Part shown: positions 53,624 through 63,560 of the stretch, piece after piece
Numbering within the stretch: position 1 is the first letter of the stretch
Layout: each line of letters starts with the position of its first letter
Source: a virus
Length of the DNA: 64,000 nt
UHGV virus genome: UHGV-1363143
Strand: one strand, 5' to 3'
Notes under the pieces: model-generated
Told to the model about the DNA's origin: nothing
What the model saw: only the letters and a program-made list of their open reading frames with translations
The model's database searches: none
Position numbers and translations under genes: made by a program

Positions 53624-53713
53624 ATATTAATAGCTCATTTTGGTCAGTTGAGCTAAACTGTAGTCTATAAGACTAAAAAATGAACATTGGAATTTAATAT
53701 TGAATTGAATTAG

Positions 53714-53790
53714 TGGCGACTCACAAGGGGATCGAACCCTCGACCTCTGGCGTGACAGGCCAGCACTCTAACCATCTGAGCTAGTGAGCC
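53714..53790 (-). tRNA. tRNA-Asp (GUC)
   Basis: Anticodon stem ctggc/gccag with loop cuGUCac. Confidence 0.75.
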
Positions 53791-53796
53791 ATATTA

Positions 53797-53885
53797 TGGT
53801 GTCGTGAGAAGGATTCGAACCTCCAACCACCTGAGTCTTGTTAATGGAGCTCCCTCAGTGCGTATACCAATTCCGCCACCACGAC
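53797..53885 (-). tRNA. tRNA-Leu-like gene with an expanded 18-nt anticodon loop
   Basis: Leu-type D-arm gcggaattggtatacgc and good acceptor/T arms, but ctgag-[ggagctccattaacaaga]-ctcag replaces the 7-nt loop. Confidence 0.4.
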
Positions 53886-54000
53886 ATATCTATGTTTCTA
53901 TATTATGTGCCTTCTAAAAAAAAGACTACTCCTGAAAAATGTTTTTTAGATTTTTCGTCGTACTTCATTATTACAAGCTATATTTTTCTTATACACATTT

Positions 54001-54034
54001 GAAAATAAAAAAGCTGGGAATTTTTTATCCCAGC
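54001..54034 (-). terminator. rho-independent terminator after the endolysin gene
   Basis: Hairpin gctggga-N8-tcccagc followed by UUUUUUAUUUU on the minus strand. Confidence 0.6.
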
Positions 54035-54040
54035 CTTATA

Positions 54041-55018
54041 TTACAGCTTTGCTAATAAATCATTAGCTATTGCATTAATGTTTCTTGACCATGTGGTACC
54101 TTCGCAATATTTTGTATTTACATTCCATATGCTAGGTCCATTATAATGAGCTCCTCCTTCAGTAAGGTAAGCAGTATTAATAAGATTAGCTATATAATTT
54201 AAGCTCTCTCCCCAATTATCAAATCTTCTCCATGAGTTACCTTTTTTAACTCCACCAATATTATTATATGTTCTAGCTAAATAAGATCTTCCATGTCCTG
54301 ATTCTTCCGAGTTAAGTGCTATTAAGAATATTGCATTTACATTGTATTTCTTTTCTGCATAATAATATGCTTTTGATAATGATTGTAATGCACTGCCCTC
54401 TAACATTTTATGAATTTGAGACTCTGATAAATTACTTAATTCTCTCAAGTTATAAGGATTATAATGAGGAATTCCATCTACTTGTTTTTGTACTTTTGGT
54501 TCCTTATATACTTCATATGGTGGGTTTTCTTGATATTGTTCAACTAATGACATATCAATAAAACCTTCTTTGCCATTATAATTAATTTTTAACCAGTTCC
54601 ATTGTCTTTCAATTATCTCAAAAGTCATACCTTTTCTAAATAAAAGAATTACTTCTGAATCATAATTAGGTTCTGTTCTAAAACGAGAATAGTCAGCGAT
54701 AACTTGTCCATATTTTTGATGTTCAGTTTTTAATCTTTGCTCTTCTTCTAACCTTTCTTGCTCTAGTCTTTTTTGTTCAACCATTTCTAAATGTTTCTCA
54801 TAAATGTTTTTGGGACTCATAAAAATAGGATTTGTAAGAGATTGGTCTTCTATTGATAGCTCTATTGCTGCAGGTTCTAATTTATTATTAATACGCATGT
54901 TATTACTTGCAGTATCAAAACAATGTACTGGCAAAAATGTAGATGTATATGCATATAAACCAGCTAAGCATTTAGCTAAATGTGTCATAAAAACACTCCT
55001 TTCTGATTTCTCCCTCAT
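54041..55018 (-). CDS. endolysin: N-terminal SH3-like domain + GH73 N-acetylglucosaminidase
   Basis: C-terminal LNSEESGHGRS...YNNIGGVKKG...WRRFDNWGESLNYIANLI matches the GH73 (FlgJ/LytD-type) catalytic region. A central SH3-like segment reads FRKGMTFEIIERQWNWLKINYNGKEGFID. Confidence 0.6.
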   Translation of the reverse strand: MREKSERSVFMTHLAKCLAGLYAYTSTFLPVHCFDTASNNMRINNKLEPAAIELSIEDQSLTNPIFMSPKNIYEKHLEMVEQKRLEQERLEEEQRLKTEHQKYGQVIADYSRFRTEPNYDSEVILLFRKGMTFEIIERQWNWLKINYNGKEGFIDMSLVEQYQENPPYEVYKEPKVQKQVDGIPHYNPYNLRELSNLSESQIHKMLEGSALQSLSKAYYYAEKKYNVNAIFLIALNSEESGHGRSYLARTYNNIGGVKKGNSWRRFDNWGESLNYIANLINTAYLTEGGAHYNGPSIWNVNTKYCEGTTWSRNINAIANDLLAKL

Positions 55019-55043
55019 ATCCTGTATTACTATTTAGGATAAT

Positions 55044-55664
55044 TTATTTAATATTCTTTCTTCTTTTGTAATCTGCTAGGCTAATTACATTATTTTTATT
55101 CTGTTTAAATCCAGACACTATAAAGGCTAGTGTATATAAAATTGCATCTGTTTCGTCATCTGAATAAGTGTTATCCATGATTATATCTTCGTACAAATCC
55201 AATATCAGAATTCTTTCTTGATCTTGAATAATGATAAGAGACAATTCATTGTCGAATAGCACTTCGTATTCAAATGTTTTATTTTTTATATCAAAATTGA
55301 CTTCCCCATATACTCTTATAATGTTGAAATCAGGTAAGTAAATGTTAGGCATATAATCAGTTCTTAAATAAGAGCAATTTTCTGTTTCAATTACTTCTGC
55401 ACTTAAACAAGTAAGAAGTTTATTAAATTCTTTTGCTTTGTTTAATGAAATGATTGCTTTGCCTTTTTCTAATAATCCTGTATATGTATCATGAAAATAA
55501 TTAGATATTTCTTTTAATACTTTAGCTACAGCATTATCTTTTGCTAGCATAATTTCATAGTCATATTCATCGAATACATCATCAAATATGCTTTCATTTG
55601 CATTTACTTTAAATACACAGTTATTTTTCATTTGCATCCCTCCTATATATACATAAAGCGGCAA
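55044..55664 (-). CDS. hypothetical protein (206 aa)
   Basis: ORF. Confidence 0.4.
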   Translation of the reverse strand: MPLYVYIGGMQMKNNCVFKVNANESIFDDVFDEYDYEIMLAKDNAVAKVLKEISNYFHDTYTGLLEKGKAIISLNKAKEFNKLLTCLSAEVIETENCSYLRTDYMPNIYLPDFNIIRVYGEVNFDIKNKTFEYEVLFDNELSLIIIQDQERILILDLYEDIIMDNTYSDDETDAILYTLAFIVSGFKQNKNNVISLADYKRRKNIK

Positions 55665-55724
55665 TTAAGCCGCTATTTTTTAACTCAACAATATATTTTA
55701 TGTTGAGCTATGTAGAAATGAATA

Positions 55725-55988
55725 CTATTTAAGGTATTCAAGTATATCTTTATGGGATTGGATAGTATTTTTTGATTTAAAGTATTTGATATAATTCTCT
55801 CCATATGATTTGAATATGGACTGTAATCTTATGTGTCTTGAACTTATATATTTTTCTTTTCCTGTTCCTTTACATCTAGGACAATCTTCTTGAACATAGT
55901 AATCAGTTCCTCCAATAAATGGATTGAATTCATTGCCTTTTTTAAATACTAAAAAACTCTTCCTCCCCTTACATAATGAACATTTCAT
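55725..55988 (-). CDS. hypothetical zinc-ribbon protein (87 aa)
   Basis: CSLCKG...CPRCKGTG. Confidence 0.35.
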   Translation of the reverse strand: MKCSLCKGRKSFLVFKKGNEFNPFIGGTDYYVQEDCPRCKGTGKEKYISSRHIRLQSIFKSYGENYIKYFKSKNTIQSHKDILEYLK

Positions 55989-56748
55989 GTTAGGTCCTTT
56001 CTTTTATAGAGATTAGGAGTTGCTAGATGATAAAACTGTTTAAAGCTAATACATAAAACAATGACGAAACAGTTTATGCTATTTTATTACATAAAAAAAA
56101 GATTATAAAAAATATAATCTTAGTAATTCTGTGCTTTTCCCTTGTATTTCGAAAGAATCTTTTATTTTTTTTTATTCACAAGTAGTCTATTATTTTTTAG
56201 CAACATAATATAAAAACGTTAAGCGATTAACAGTACATATTATGGAGCATACACCAAAGATGAATGCAGTTGCCCTATTACTTAAACATGGGAACCTTGC
56301 AAAAGGAGTCTTGCGAAGACTATAAAGATTTCCTACCGAAAGGTAAGGATACAGAAAGCACAGCTGATGCAAAATAGTGCCTCTGGACAGTAAATGGCCA
56401 TTCCCCTAGCACATGGTCGTTCAGGTTGAGACGTGATGACGACGTAATGGTCAGGAGGGAGTTCTGGGTGCATAGATGCACGGGAACTATAAGCAATTAC
56501 ATGGACAGAACCAATGTAGCAAAAGCTTATAGGTGTTTAACACATAACTGCTAGGGTGTAAGATAGTGATACGATTGACATATACGAAGCACAGATTATA
56601 GTTATTCTTTATTGATTGTAAAATTATATAGTATTTTGTATTTTTTTACAATTGGTAAGGAAATAACTATATCCGTTCCACTCCGAGCATGCCGAAGTAC
56701 AGGTGCTTTTCGCTTCTCTATACAAAACGTTCATAATTTTAAACGCTC

Positions 56749-56943
56749 CTACTCATCGACTGTATCATACGCCTTGGTTCTCTCCCAACCGTACTCTTTC
56801 CCACTAACGACTTCTAGTTTTTCTGTTTCAGCTATCTCAAGTATAGAGTTGCTGATCCTTCTCATAATATCTTCTCTCTGAGATTCTGTCTTATCAGCAA
56901 AATCAATCTCAACAAGAAGCTGGTATATTGGTTGTTTTGCCAT
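56749..56943 (-). CDS. hypothetical protein (64 aa)
   Basis: ORF with an RBS. Confidence 0.35.
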   Translation of the reverse strand: MAKQPIYQLLVEIDFADKTESQREDIMRRISNSILEIAETEKLEVVSGKEYGWERTKAYDTVDE

Positions 56944-57073
56944 TTAAAAGCCTCCTACTTTTTTATTTTTAAAGTAGTCTTCTTCTTTAGCTTCTTAAAT
57001 AACTTATCTAATTCTTTATCCTTATTATTCATTATTGCTTGTACCTCTCTTTTTAAAATATTTATTTAGATTG

Positions 57074-57108
57074 TTGACATAATAATAAATTCTTATACAT
57101 ATAATTTT
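57074..57108 (+). promoter_or_regulatory. putative sigma-A-type promoter for the 57137 gene
   Basis: TTGACA at 57074-57079 with TATAAT-like hexamers 17-20 nt downstream. RBS gaaagggg sits before the ATG at 57137. Confidence 0.35.
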
Positions 57109-57136
57109 ACATAACACTATTGAAAGGGGTACGCTT

Positions 57137-57700
57137 ATGTTAAATACAGTTAAAAAGCCATCATTATTATGTAGAGTAGCAATCGGAATTGATAATTTCA
57201 TAGAGAGACTATTTGCAGTAGAAAGTGATCCTGAATTCGAATTATGCATACCAGATAGTATTCTTCATAGAACTGAACTTATATGTGAATACATTAAAAC
57301 TGAAAAAGGATATGATTTCGAAGTTGAAGGATTTCTTATGCTTTTATATTTAGACTTCATAAAGAATTGTATTAAAAGCTACAATCCACGCAAAGTATTT
57401 AAGCAATTAACTAAGGAACACTATCAAGATCAATATTTGACTGCTGTTAACTGTGGTGTCCCTGAGATAATACCTATTATTAAATACAGCAAAACTAATC
57501 TAGTTATCAGTATGGCCGAAGAAGACGTTAGGAAGGGCCAACTAATACTAGATGAATTATATGACTTATATGGATATAGAATTCCTTTCTCCAAACTTCT
57601 TGAAAACCTATGGATAGGATTCATTGAAGATTACAAAACTGGAGAAAATAAAAGAGCTTATTACTCAATAGTAAAAATTCTTAAAGAATGCATTGATTAA
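57137..57700 (+). CDS. hypothetical protein (187 aa)
   Basis: ORF; first gene of the plus-strand module. Confidence 0.4.
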   Translation: MLNTVKKPSLLCRVAIGIDNFIERLFAVESDPEFELCIPDSILHRTELICEYIKTEKGYDFEVEGFLMLLYLDFIKNCIKSYNPRKVFKQLTKEHYQDQYLTAVNCGVPEIIPIIKYSKTNLVISMAEEDVRKGQLILDELYDLYGYRIPFSKLLENLWIGFIEDYKTGENKRAYYSIVKILKECID

Positions 57701-57814
57701 GCTCCCTTGAATATGCGTTGTATTTTTCGATTCTTTTCGAAAAAACATTGCTTTTATAATAATTTATAGGTACAATGTAGATACAACGTATATGCAAAAA
57801 AGCTTAGGGAGGTA

Positions 57815-58819
57815 ATGTTAATGTCAAAGAATTCTAAGAAGTATGTTTTAGTACTTGACTTGGGTAAAGGTGTAGCGAAAGGTTTAGGCTGTGAAATCAC
57901 AGATAGTATACCTAATCCAGAATCATTAAAAAAATCTATGTTTGAAACAAAGAGTTATGATTTAAATAAAGGTTATACTGAATTACAAGGAAATTCTCAT
58001 AAAGTAGATTTCAATGGTAGCTCAGTAATTTTAGGTGAACAAGGCGTAGATCGTAGCTTTGAAACTAGTAAAACTACTCCACTTCATCAAATGTGTGCTT
58101 ACACATTAATTAGCCAATATCTTGAACCTGATACTAAGGATAATGAAATATATCTTGTTCTTGCTTGTCCTATAACAGTATTAAAGAGTGATAAAGCTAA
58201 GCAAGAATATAAAAACCTTATTAAGGGTGATGGACCTATATCAATAACTGTTAATGATAAATATTATGAATTTGAAATTAAAGATATCTTAATTAAGGCT
58301 GAAAGTTCAGGAGTATTATATTTAATGCCTGAAGAATTTAAAGATAAAAAAATTCTAGTGGTAGACTTTGGTGGTCTTAATATGACTAATACTATCTTTA
58401 CTAATGGAGTATGTGTTAATCCTGAAAATGATAGATTTGCTGAAGAATGGGGATCTGTTGAATTAATCAATAAAGTAAGTAAACACTTAACAGATTATTC
58501 TAAAGGTAATATTGTAGATTTCCAAACTTCTGAAGAAGCTTTAAATAGAGGTCACTTATTAGAATATGGAAAACCTGATTTAGCTTCTACTGAATATATA
58601 GAAAGAGCTAAACAAGAGTTTATAGATGACTCTCTTAAAAAATTAGCTAGACATAATGTAAGAACAAAGAACTTAGATAAAATAATCTATATTGGAGGAA
58701 CTAGTTCTTACTTAAAAGACCAAATAAAAGCGTTACCTAATGGTCAAATCACAGATAATCCTCAATGGTCTTCCGTAGAAGGCTTATTAAAAATCGCTAT
58801 TAAAAAATATATTAAATAA
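57815..58819 (+). CDS. actin-like segregation ATPase (ParM/StbA/Alp family)
   Basis: Three actin-fold phosphate/adenosine motifs spaced as in ParM: LVLDLGKG, ILVVDFGGLNMTNT and IIYIGGTSSYL. Confidence 0.55.
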   Translation: MLMSKNSKKYVLVLDLGKGVAKGLGCEITDSIPNPESLKKSMFETKSYDLNKGYTELQGNSHKVDFNGSSVILGEQGVDRSFETSKTTPLHQMCAYTLISQYLEPDTKDNEIYLVLACPITVLKSDKAKQEYKNLIKGDGPISITVNDKYYEFEIKDILIKAESSGVLYLMPEEFKDKKILVVDFGGLNMTNTIFTNGVCVNPENDRFAEEWGSVELINKVSKHLTDYSKGNIVDFQTSEEALNRGHLLEYGKPDLASTEYIERAKQEFIDDSLKKLARHNVRTKNLDKIIYIGGTSSYLKDQIKALPNGQITDNPQWSSVEGLLKIAIKKYIK

Positions 58820-58821
58820 CC

Positions 58822-59139
58822 ATGTCTAAAAGACCAGGCTCATTTGTTTTCACATTTAGTAAAAAGAACGAAGATGTGAAAAATATCATTGACAATAAAA
58901 AGAAATCCGATAAAAATTTTGTAAAAACTGACTACATGTGTGCTGCAGTTAGATTTTATGAAAAATATAAGGATAACTTTAATGATAACTCTTCTCTTAG
59001 CGAGAATGATGTAATAAGAATAGTCAATGAAATATTAAAAAACAATCAAATTAGTGTTGATAGTGATGTGAATGTAATTAATACTTCACTTAATTTAAAC
59101 ACAGATCACATATCAGATAGCGATTTAGAGGAAGATTAA
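58822..59139 (+). CDS. hypothetical protein (105 aa), possible ParR-like adaptor
   Basis: Small ORF 3 nt after the parM-like gene; no motif recognised. Confidence 0.3.
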   Translation: MSKRPGSFVFTFSKKNEDVKNIIDNKKKSDKNFVKTDYMCAAVRFYEKYKDNFNDNSSLSENDVIRIVNEILKNNQISVDSDVNVINTSLNLNTDHISDSDLEED

Positions 59140-59174
59140 AGCACTGTATAATTCAGTGCTTTTTTGATATAATT

Positions 59175-60500
59175 ATGAATAATAGAGAGGTGATAAATGT
59201 GGACGAATACTTATTTAGTTTTATTATAGAAAATATAAATAAAGATAAGGAACTTAAAGAATTTTATGATAAATATTATTATGAATATTCTGAGATACCT
59301 TATGAGGATTACATAAAAGAATTATGCATTGATAATCCTGAATTCTTTAAATCTGAATTTGATGAGCATAGAAAAAAGATTTTAAAAGCCTATATAAACA
59401 CTCGCTCAAGATTAAATAAAAAAGCGGTAGTTATAGGTAGACTTATAAACTTTCCTTTAGCATCTGAATCTAAAAAAACTACCTTGAAATCAATTGTTGA
59501 CAACGAATTGAAGTTATTACTAATTGAAAATATAAAAGAATTTTTTGAAGTAAATTCTAAAATCACTGAAAGACCTTTATCTTTAGATGGAATGTACACT
59601 ACTAAAGAAAAAATGACTTTATATGATGCTGATTCTACATTAGATATTAACGATAGAAAAGCCTATATGAGTGAAGAGAAATATAAACGTCAGATAGGCA
59701 TTGTTCAACCTCTATTCTTTGCAAACCCTACTACTGAAGTAATATTTGTAAAAAAAGGTGAAAAGTCATATCTTAAGTCAAAATCAATGGATACTAAAGA
59801 CCAAAAGATAATGGACTTTTTAATAGAAGAATATAAACAAGTAATGTACTATCCAGATCAAGTTTTAATTTATCCTATTCATCAAATATCAAAGCTGATA
59901 TATAACAGAAAGGGTAAACAATATTTAGACTTAACTAGGGATAGATTAGCTAAAATAGGTAACTTAGGTCAGATAGTTTTTAATGATTCTATAATTAATA
60001 AAAAAGATGCACAAGGTAAGTTAATAGATCCTAAAGATAATTACGAAATAGTAAGTTTTTTCGATATTCAATTCTTCACTAATGAATTAGGTGTACGTTT
60101 TTGTAAAATACTTATGTCTAGATCTATTGAATATGATTTAAAAACTAGCAATACAATAAAGCTATACAAACATAAGATTGAGCAAATAAAAAATGACTTT
60201 ACAGCTATCTTTGTAAACTTTATTCAGTCTCAGCGTATTAACTCTTTAATTTCTGATGAAGATGAGGCTATAGTACCATATAAAGTAATTAAAACTGGAA
60301 TAAGACTTCCTAATGCAAGAAGTAAAGTTAAGAATTTAAAAGTAATTGAAGAATCTTTAGAAGAACTAGTTAATATGAACTTCTTAATTGATTCTTATGA
60401 AGTTAAAAATACTTATATTAAATTGCATTTCATACCATTTGGATATATAGAGCTAAAAGAACTTAAACTTGATTCTAAGGCTAAAGAGTTAGAAATCTAA
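59175..60500 (+). CDS. hypothetical protein (441 aa), candidate replication initiator
   Basis: Large ORF ending 5 bp upstream of the iteron array. Confidence 0.3.
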   Translation: MNNREVINVDEYLFSFIIENINKDKELKEFYDKYYYEYSEIPYEDYIKELCIDNPEFFKSEFDEHRKKILKAYINTRSRLNKKAVVIGRLINFPLASESKKTTLKSIVDNELKLLLIENIKEFFEVNSKITERPLSLDGMYTTKEKMTLYDADSTLDINDRKAYMSEEKYKRQIGIVQPLFFANPTTEVIFVKKGEKSYLKSKSMDTKDQKIMDFLIEEYKQVMYYPDQVLIYPIHQISKLIYNRKGKQYLDLTRDRLAKIGNLGQIVFNDSIINKKDAQGKLIDPKDNYEIVSFFDIQFFTNELGVRFCKILMSRSIEYDLKTSNTIKLYKHKIEQIKNDFTAIFVNFIQSQRINSLISDEDEAIVPYKVIKTGIRLPNARSKVKNLKVIEESLEELVNMNFLIDSYEVKNTYIKLHFIPFGYIELKELKLDSKAKELEI

Positions 60501-60519
60501 TTTTCTAGCTCTTTTATTT

Positions 60520-60855
60520 TTTAAATTACAGATGCATTTTTTAGGTACTATATTTAAATTACAGATGCATTTTTTAGGTACTATATAAAAAAGAGATGCA
60601 CTTTTTTGGTGCTATATCGACACAGAAGTGCATTTTTTAAGTGCTATATTGATACTTTTTTTATAAGTGCATTTTTATCAATTATTTAACCTTTAAAAAG
60701 TTTTTTAAAATTTATGATTTTAAAACTAGAGATGCATTTTTTAGGTACTATATTAATATAGAAGTGCATTTTTTTGGTGCTATATTAAAACTAGAGATGT
60801 ATTTTTTAGGTACTATATCAACATAGAAGTGCATTTTTTTGGTGCTATATTAATA
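60520..60855. repeat. iteron array (candidate replication origin or partition centromere)
   Basis: About nine direct copies of a ~24-bp unit (agatgcattttttaggtactatat / gaagtgcatttttttggtgctatat variants) at about 31-34 bp spacing. Confidence 0.7.
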
Positions 60856-60918
60856 CTTTTCACAAATTAGACATAATAATTTTTTTAATATAAACTATGT
60901 TTATAATTAGAATATTAT

Positions 60919-61935
60919 GTGAAAGGAGTGAAAACTATGGTAACAAAACAGATGATTAAATTAAGTAAGCAACTACTTTTAGACTTATCTTCTCTTAAAT
61001 ATACTCAAGATGACAGTGTAAACCTTCAACCAGAGTATAGAGATTATAAGAAATGTAGTGCTAATTGTCCGTTTTATAAAAATAAGGATGTTTCATTGTT
61101 TTGTCAAAAAGAGTGTGTATTTGTTTTATCTACTAGCTCATTAATAAAGCCTAGAGAAAACATACTTACTTATACTCAAATAAAACAGTTATTATATTAT
61201 AACTCAACTGTATTTGAAAACAATGGAATAACCATAGAGCTTTCACATAAGGATGTAGCTAAAGCTATTAACTGTTCGGAAAGAACAGCTAGAGATAATA
61301 TTAATGCTTTAGTTAAAGCTGGTTACATTGTAATATCTTCATATAATGATAATAAATACAAGGTGTTTATCAGGGATTATCATAAGTATCATGAAAATGG
61401 TAATCGTGGACATCTTTATTTGAGCAATAAATGTTTTAAAGCTTTAATAAAAATAGATAACATAAATACATTAAGATTAGCTTTAGTTGGATTAGTGCGT
61501 CTTGATGATATGCGTGCATCTAAAGATAAAAATCCTTCTAAAGAATTATCTTATAAAGCTCTAATTAACTTATTGCCTTCAAATATAACTTGCCCTAAGC
61601 AAATAGTTAAAATATTTACTAAGGCTAAAGAATTATTTAAAATGACATTCAAAGACGAATCTATATCTATATCTTTTAATAAGGACATAGATTCATTGGC
61701 ATACGCAAAAAGCCTTAATAAAAATAATAAGAAGGCATTATCTAAATTCCTTAAAAGATTTGAATTAACTGTAACTAATAAGGATAAAGAAGATCTTCTT
61801 CAAATGTCTATCCAATATAATATTCATATTGTAACAAAGGCGTTTAATTATATAAAGGATAAAAATCCTGATGAGTTAGGATCATATTTAAGAACAGTTA
61901 TAAGAAATAACTTCAATTCTTTAATTTCTTGTTAA
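60919..61935 (+). CDS. HTH-containing protein, candidate replication or regulatory protein
   Basis: HTH-like segment VAKAINCSERTARDNINALVKAGYIVI. Starts 60 bp after the iterons. Confidence 0.35.
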   Translation: MKGVKTMVTKQMIKLSKQLLLDLSSLKYTQDDSVNLQPEYRDYKKCSANCPFYKNKDVSLFCQKECVFVLSTSSLIKPRENILTYTQIKQLLYYNSTVFENNGITIELSHKDVAKAINCSERTARDNINALVKAGYIVISSYNDNKYKVFIRDYHKYHENGNRGHLYLSNKCFKALIKIDNINTLRLALVGLVRLDDMRASKDKNPSKELSYKALINLLPSNITCPKQIVKIFTKAKELFKMTFKDESISISFNKDIDSLAYAKSLNKNNKKALSKFLKRFELTVTNKDKEDLLQMSIQYNIHIVTKAFNYIKDKNPDELGSYLRTVIRNNFNSLISC

Positions 61936-62744
61936 ATTAGGGCTTTTTTGTTGTGCCCTTTTTTATTATTTTTACCTATTTGGGATATAAAACTAATGAT
62001 AGCTATTACATTTTATATTATTTTTGTTGATAACCTGTTGATAATATGTGAGTAATAGCTTTTTTATTCACAAGTCAAGGAAAAAAAGATTGTTAGTAAT
62101 TAAAAATAAACTGTTTATAAGTAAAAAAAATTTGTTACTAAAATTTTTTAATATCTTAATAACAAAAAAATATATGTATATAGTTTTAAAAAGATGTGTT
62201 GATAAGAATTTATTAAATCGAAGTTAATTCCATGAGTCAAGTATTTATCCTATCTAACACATCCTTGAAGCATAAATTTATTAACACTAACTTCTCTCCT
62301 ATAACTTCTGTTTTATAACCTCTGCTCTATTAACGACTGGAGAGATAACTACTAATATATATATGTCATAATTTTTTAAGTATGCTTCTATTTATTTTAT
62401 TTAAAGTATTCCCTACTGTTTTTCTTTTAGCTCTTTTGATAATCTTTTTGGGATTACCAGTAAGTACAGTTTCTATATCATTAATTGTAGAAGCTATTTT
62501 ATTAATAGTTCTAGATGTATCGTAAAAAACTTTAGATATTTTTTTCACTTAATACTCTCCTTTCATATTAAGGTTTTAATATTCAAAATTCAAGATATTT
62601 TATAATATATTTTCAATTTTAAATATTATTAAATTTCCTATTAGTAAATCTAATATACTCTATATTATAGAATAAAATAGATTTTCGTTGTATATCGAAA
62701 AAAATGTGCTATAATTTTCTTATAACTATAAAAAAGGGAGATGA

Positions 62745-63560
62745 ATGTTTATGCCTAAAACTATAGCTATAGGTACCTTTAAAGGTGGAGTTGGAAAAAC
62801 AATGACTACTTTTAATTTAGCAGGTATATTAGCTGAGAGAAATTACAAAGTATTGTGTATAGATGTAGATCCTCAAGGAAATCTAACAAGTAATCTTGGA
62901 ATTAATAGAGCTAATAATGGCTTAGTTGGTGTTGAAGCTATATTTAGTGAAAACTCTACAGTTAATCTTAACGATATAATAATAAAAAGTCCAATAGAGC
63001 AACTACCAACATTAGATCTTTTACCTAGCACAGTTTTGCTTCATAAATCTGAATTATTTATGGCATTAGCTCCTGCTAGAGAACTAAAGTTAAAGTATTT
63101 CATGATGGATAATAAAGAGGTTCTTGATAACTACGATTATATTTTAATAGATACTAATCCTAGTATGGGATATCTTAATCAAAATGCATTTGTAGTTGCA
63201 GATAAAATTATTATGCCAGCAACTGCAGATTTATCAGATTTAGATGGAATACATCTATTCTGTGCATTATGGGATGATTTAAGAGAAAAATTACGTATAG
63301 ACGATAATATAGCTGCTGTAGTTACTACTAAGAATGACAAAAGAGTTTCTCTTGATAGAAGTTTTATTGAACATATTAAAACTACAGAAGATAATGAAGA
63401 TATAGCAGAATTATTAGTAGATACAATAATTCCTGTCAATGTTACTCTTAAGGAAGCAGCAATGAGCTGTCAACCTATTAATCTTTATAATAAGAATTGT
63501 ATTGGTTATCAAGCTTATAAAAAATTGGTAGATGAGCTATTCGAAAGAGGTGTATTCTAA
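62745..63560 (+). CDS. parA: ParA/Soj-family partition ATPase
   Basis: Deviant Walker A KGGVGKT (IAIGTFKGGVGKTMTT) and the typical ParA length and downstream motifs. Confidence 0.85.
   Translation: MFMPKTIAIGTFKGGVGKTMTTFNLAGILAERNYKVLCIDVDPQGNLTSNLGINRANNGLVGVEAIFSENSTVNLNDIIIKSPIEQLPTLDLLPSTVLLHKSELFMALAPARELKLKYFMMDNKEVLDNYDYILIDTNPSMGYLNQNAFVVADKIIMPATADLSDLDGIHLFCALWDDLREKLRIDDNIAAVVTTKNDKRVSLDRSFIEHIKTTEDNEDIAELLVDTIIPVNVTLKEAAMSCQPINLYNKNCIGYQAYKKLVDELFERGVF

Noticed and set aside
50075-53885. Suppressor tRNAs (CUA/UUA/UCA anticodons), which would imply recoding
   Set aside because: All confidently folded anticodons are sense. Only the expanded-loop Leu-like element contains UUA/UAA triplets, and its reading register is undefined.
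60520-60855. CRISPR array
   Set aside because: The repeats are imperfect, AT-rich and about 24 bp, with roughly 8-bp 'spacers'. There are no cas genes, and the array is flanked by Rep/Par-type genes, so it is interpreted as iterons.
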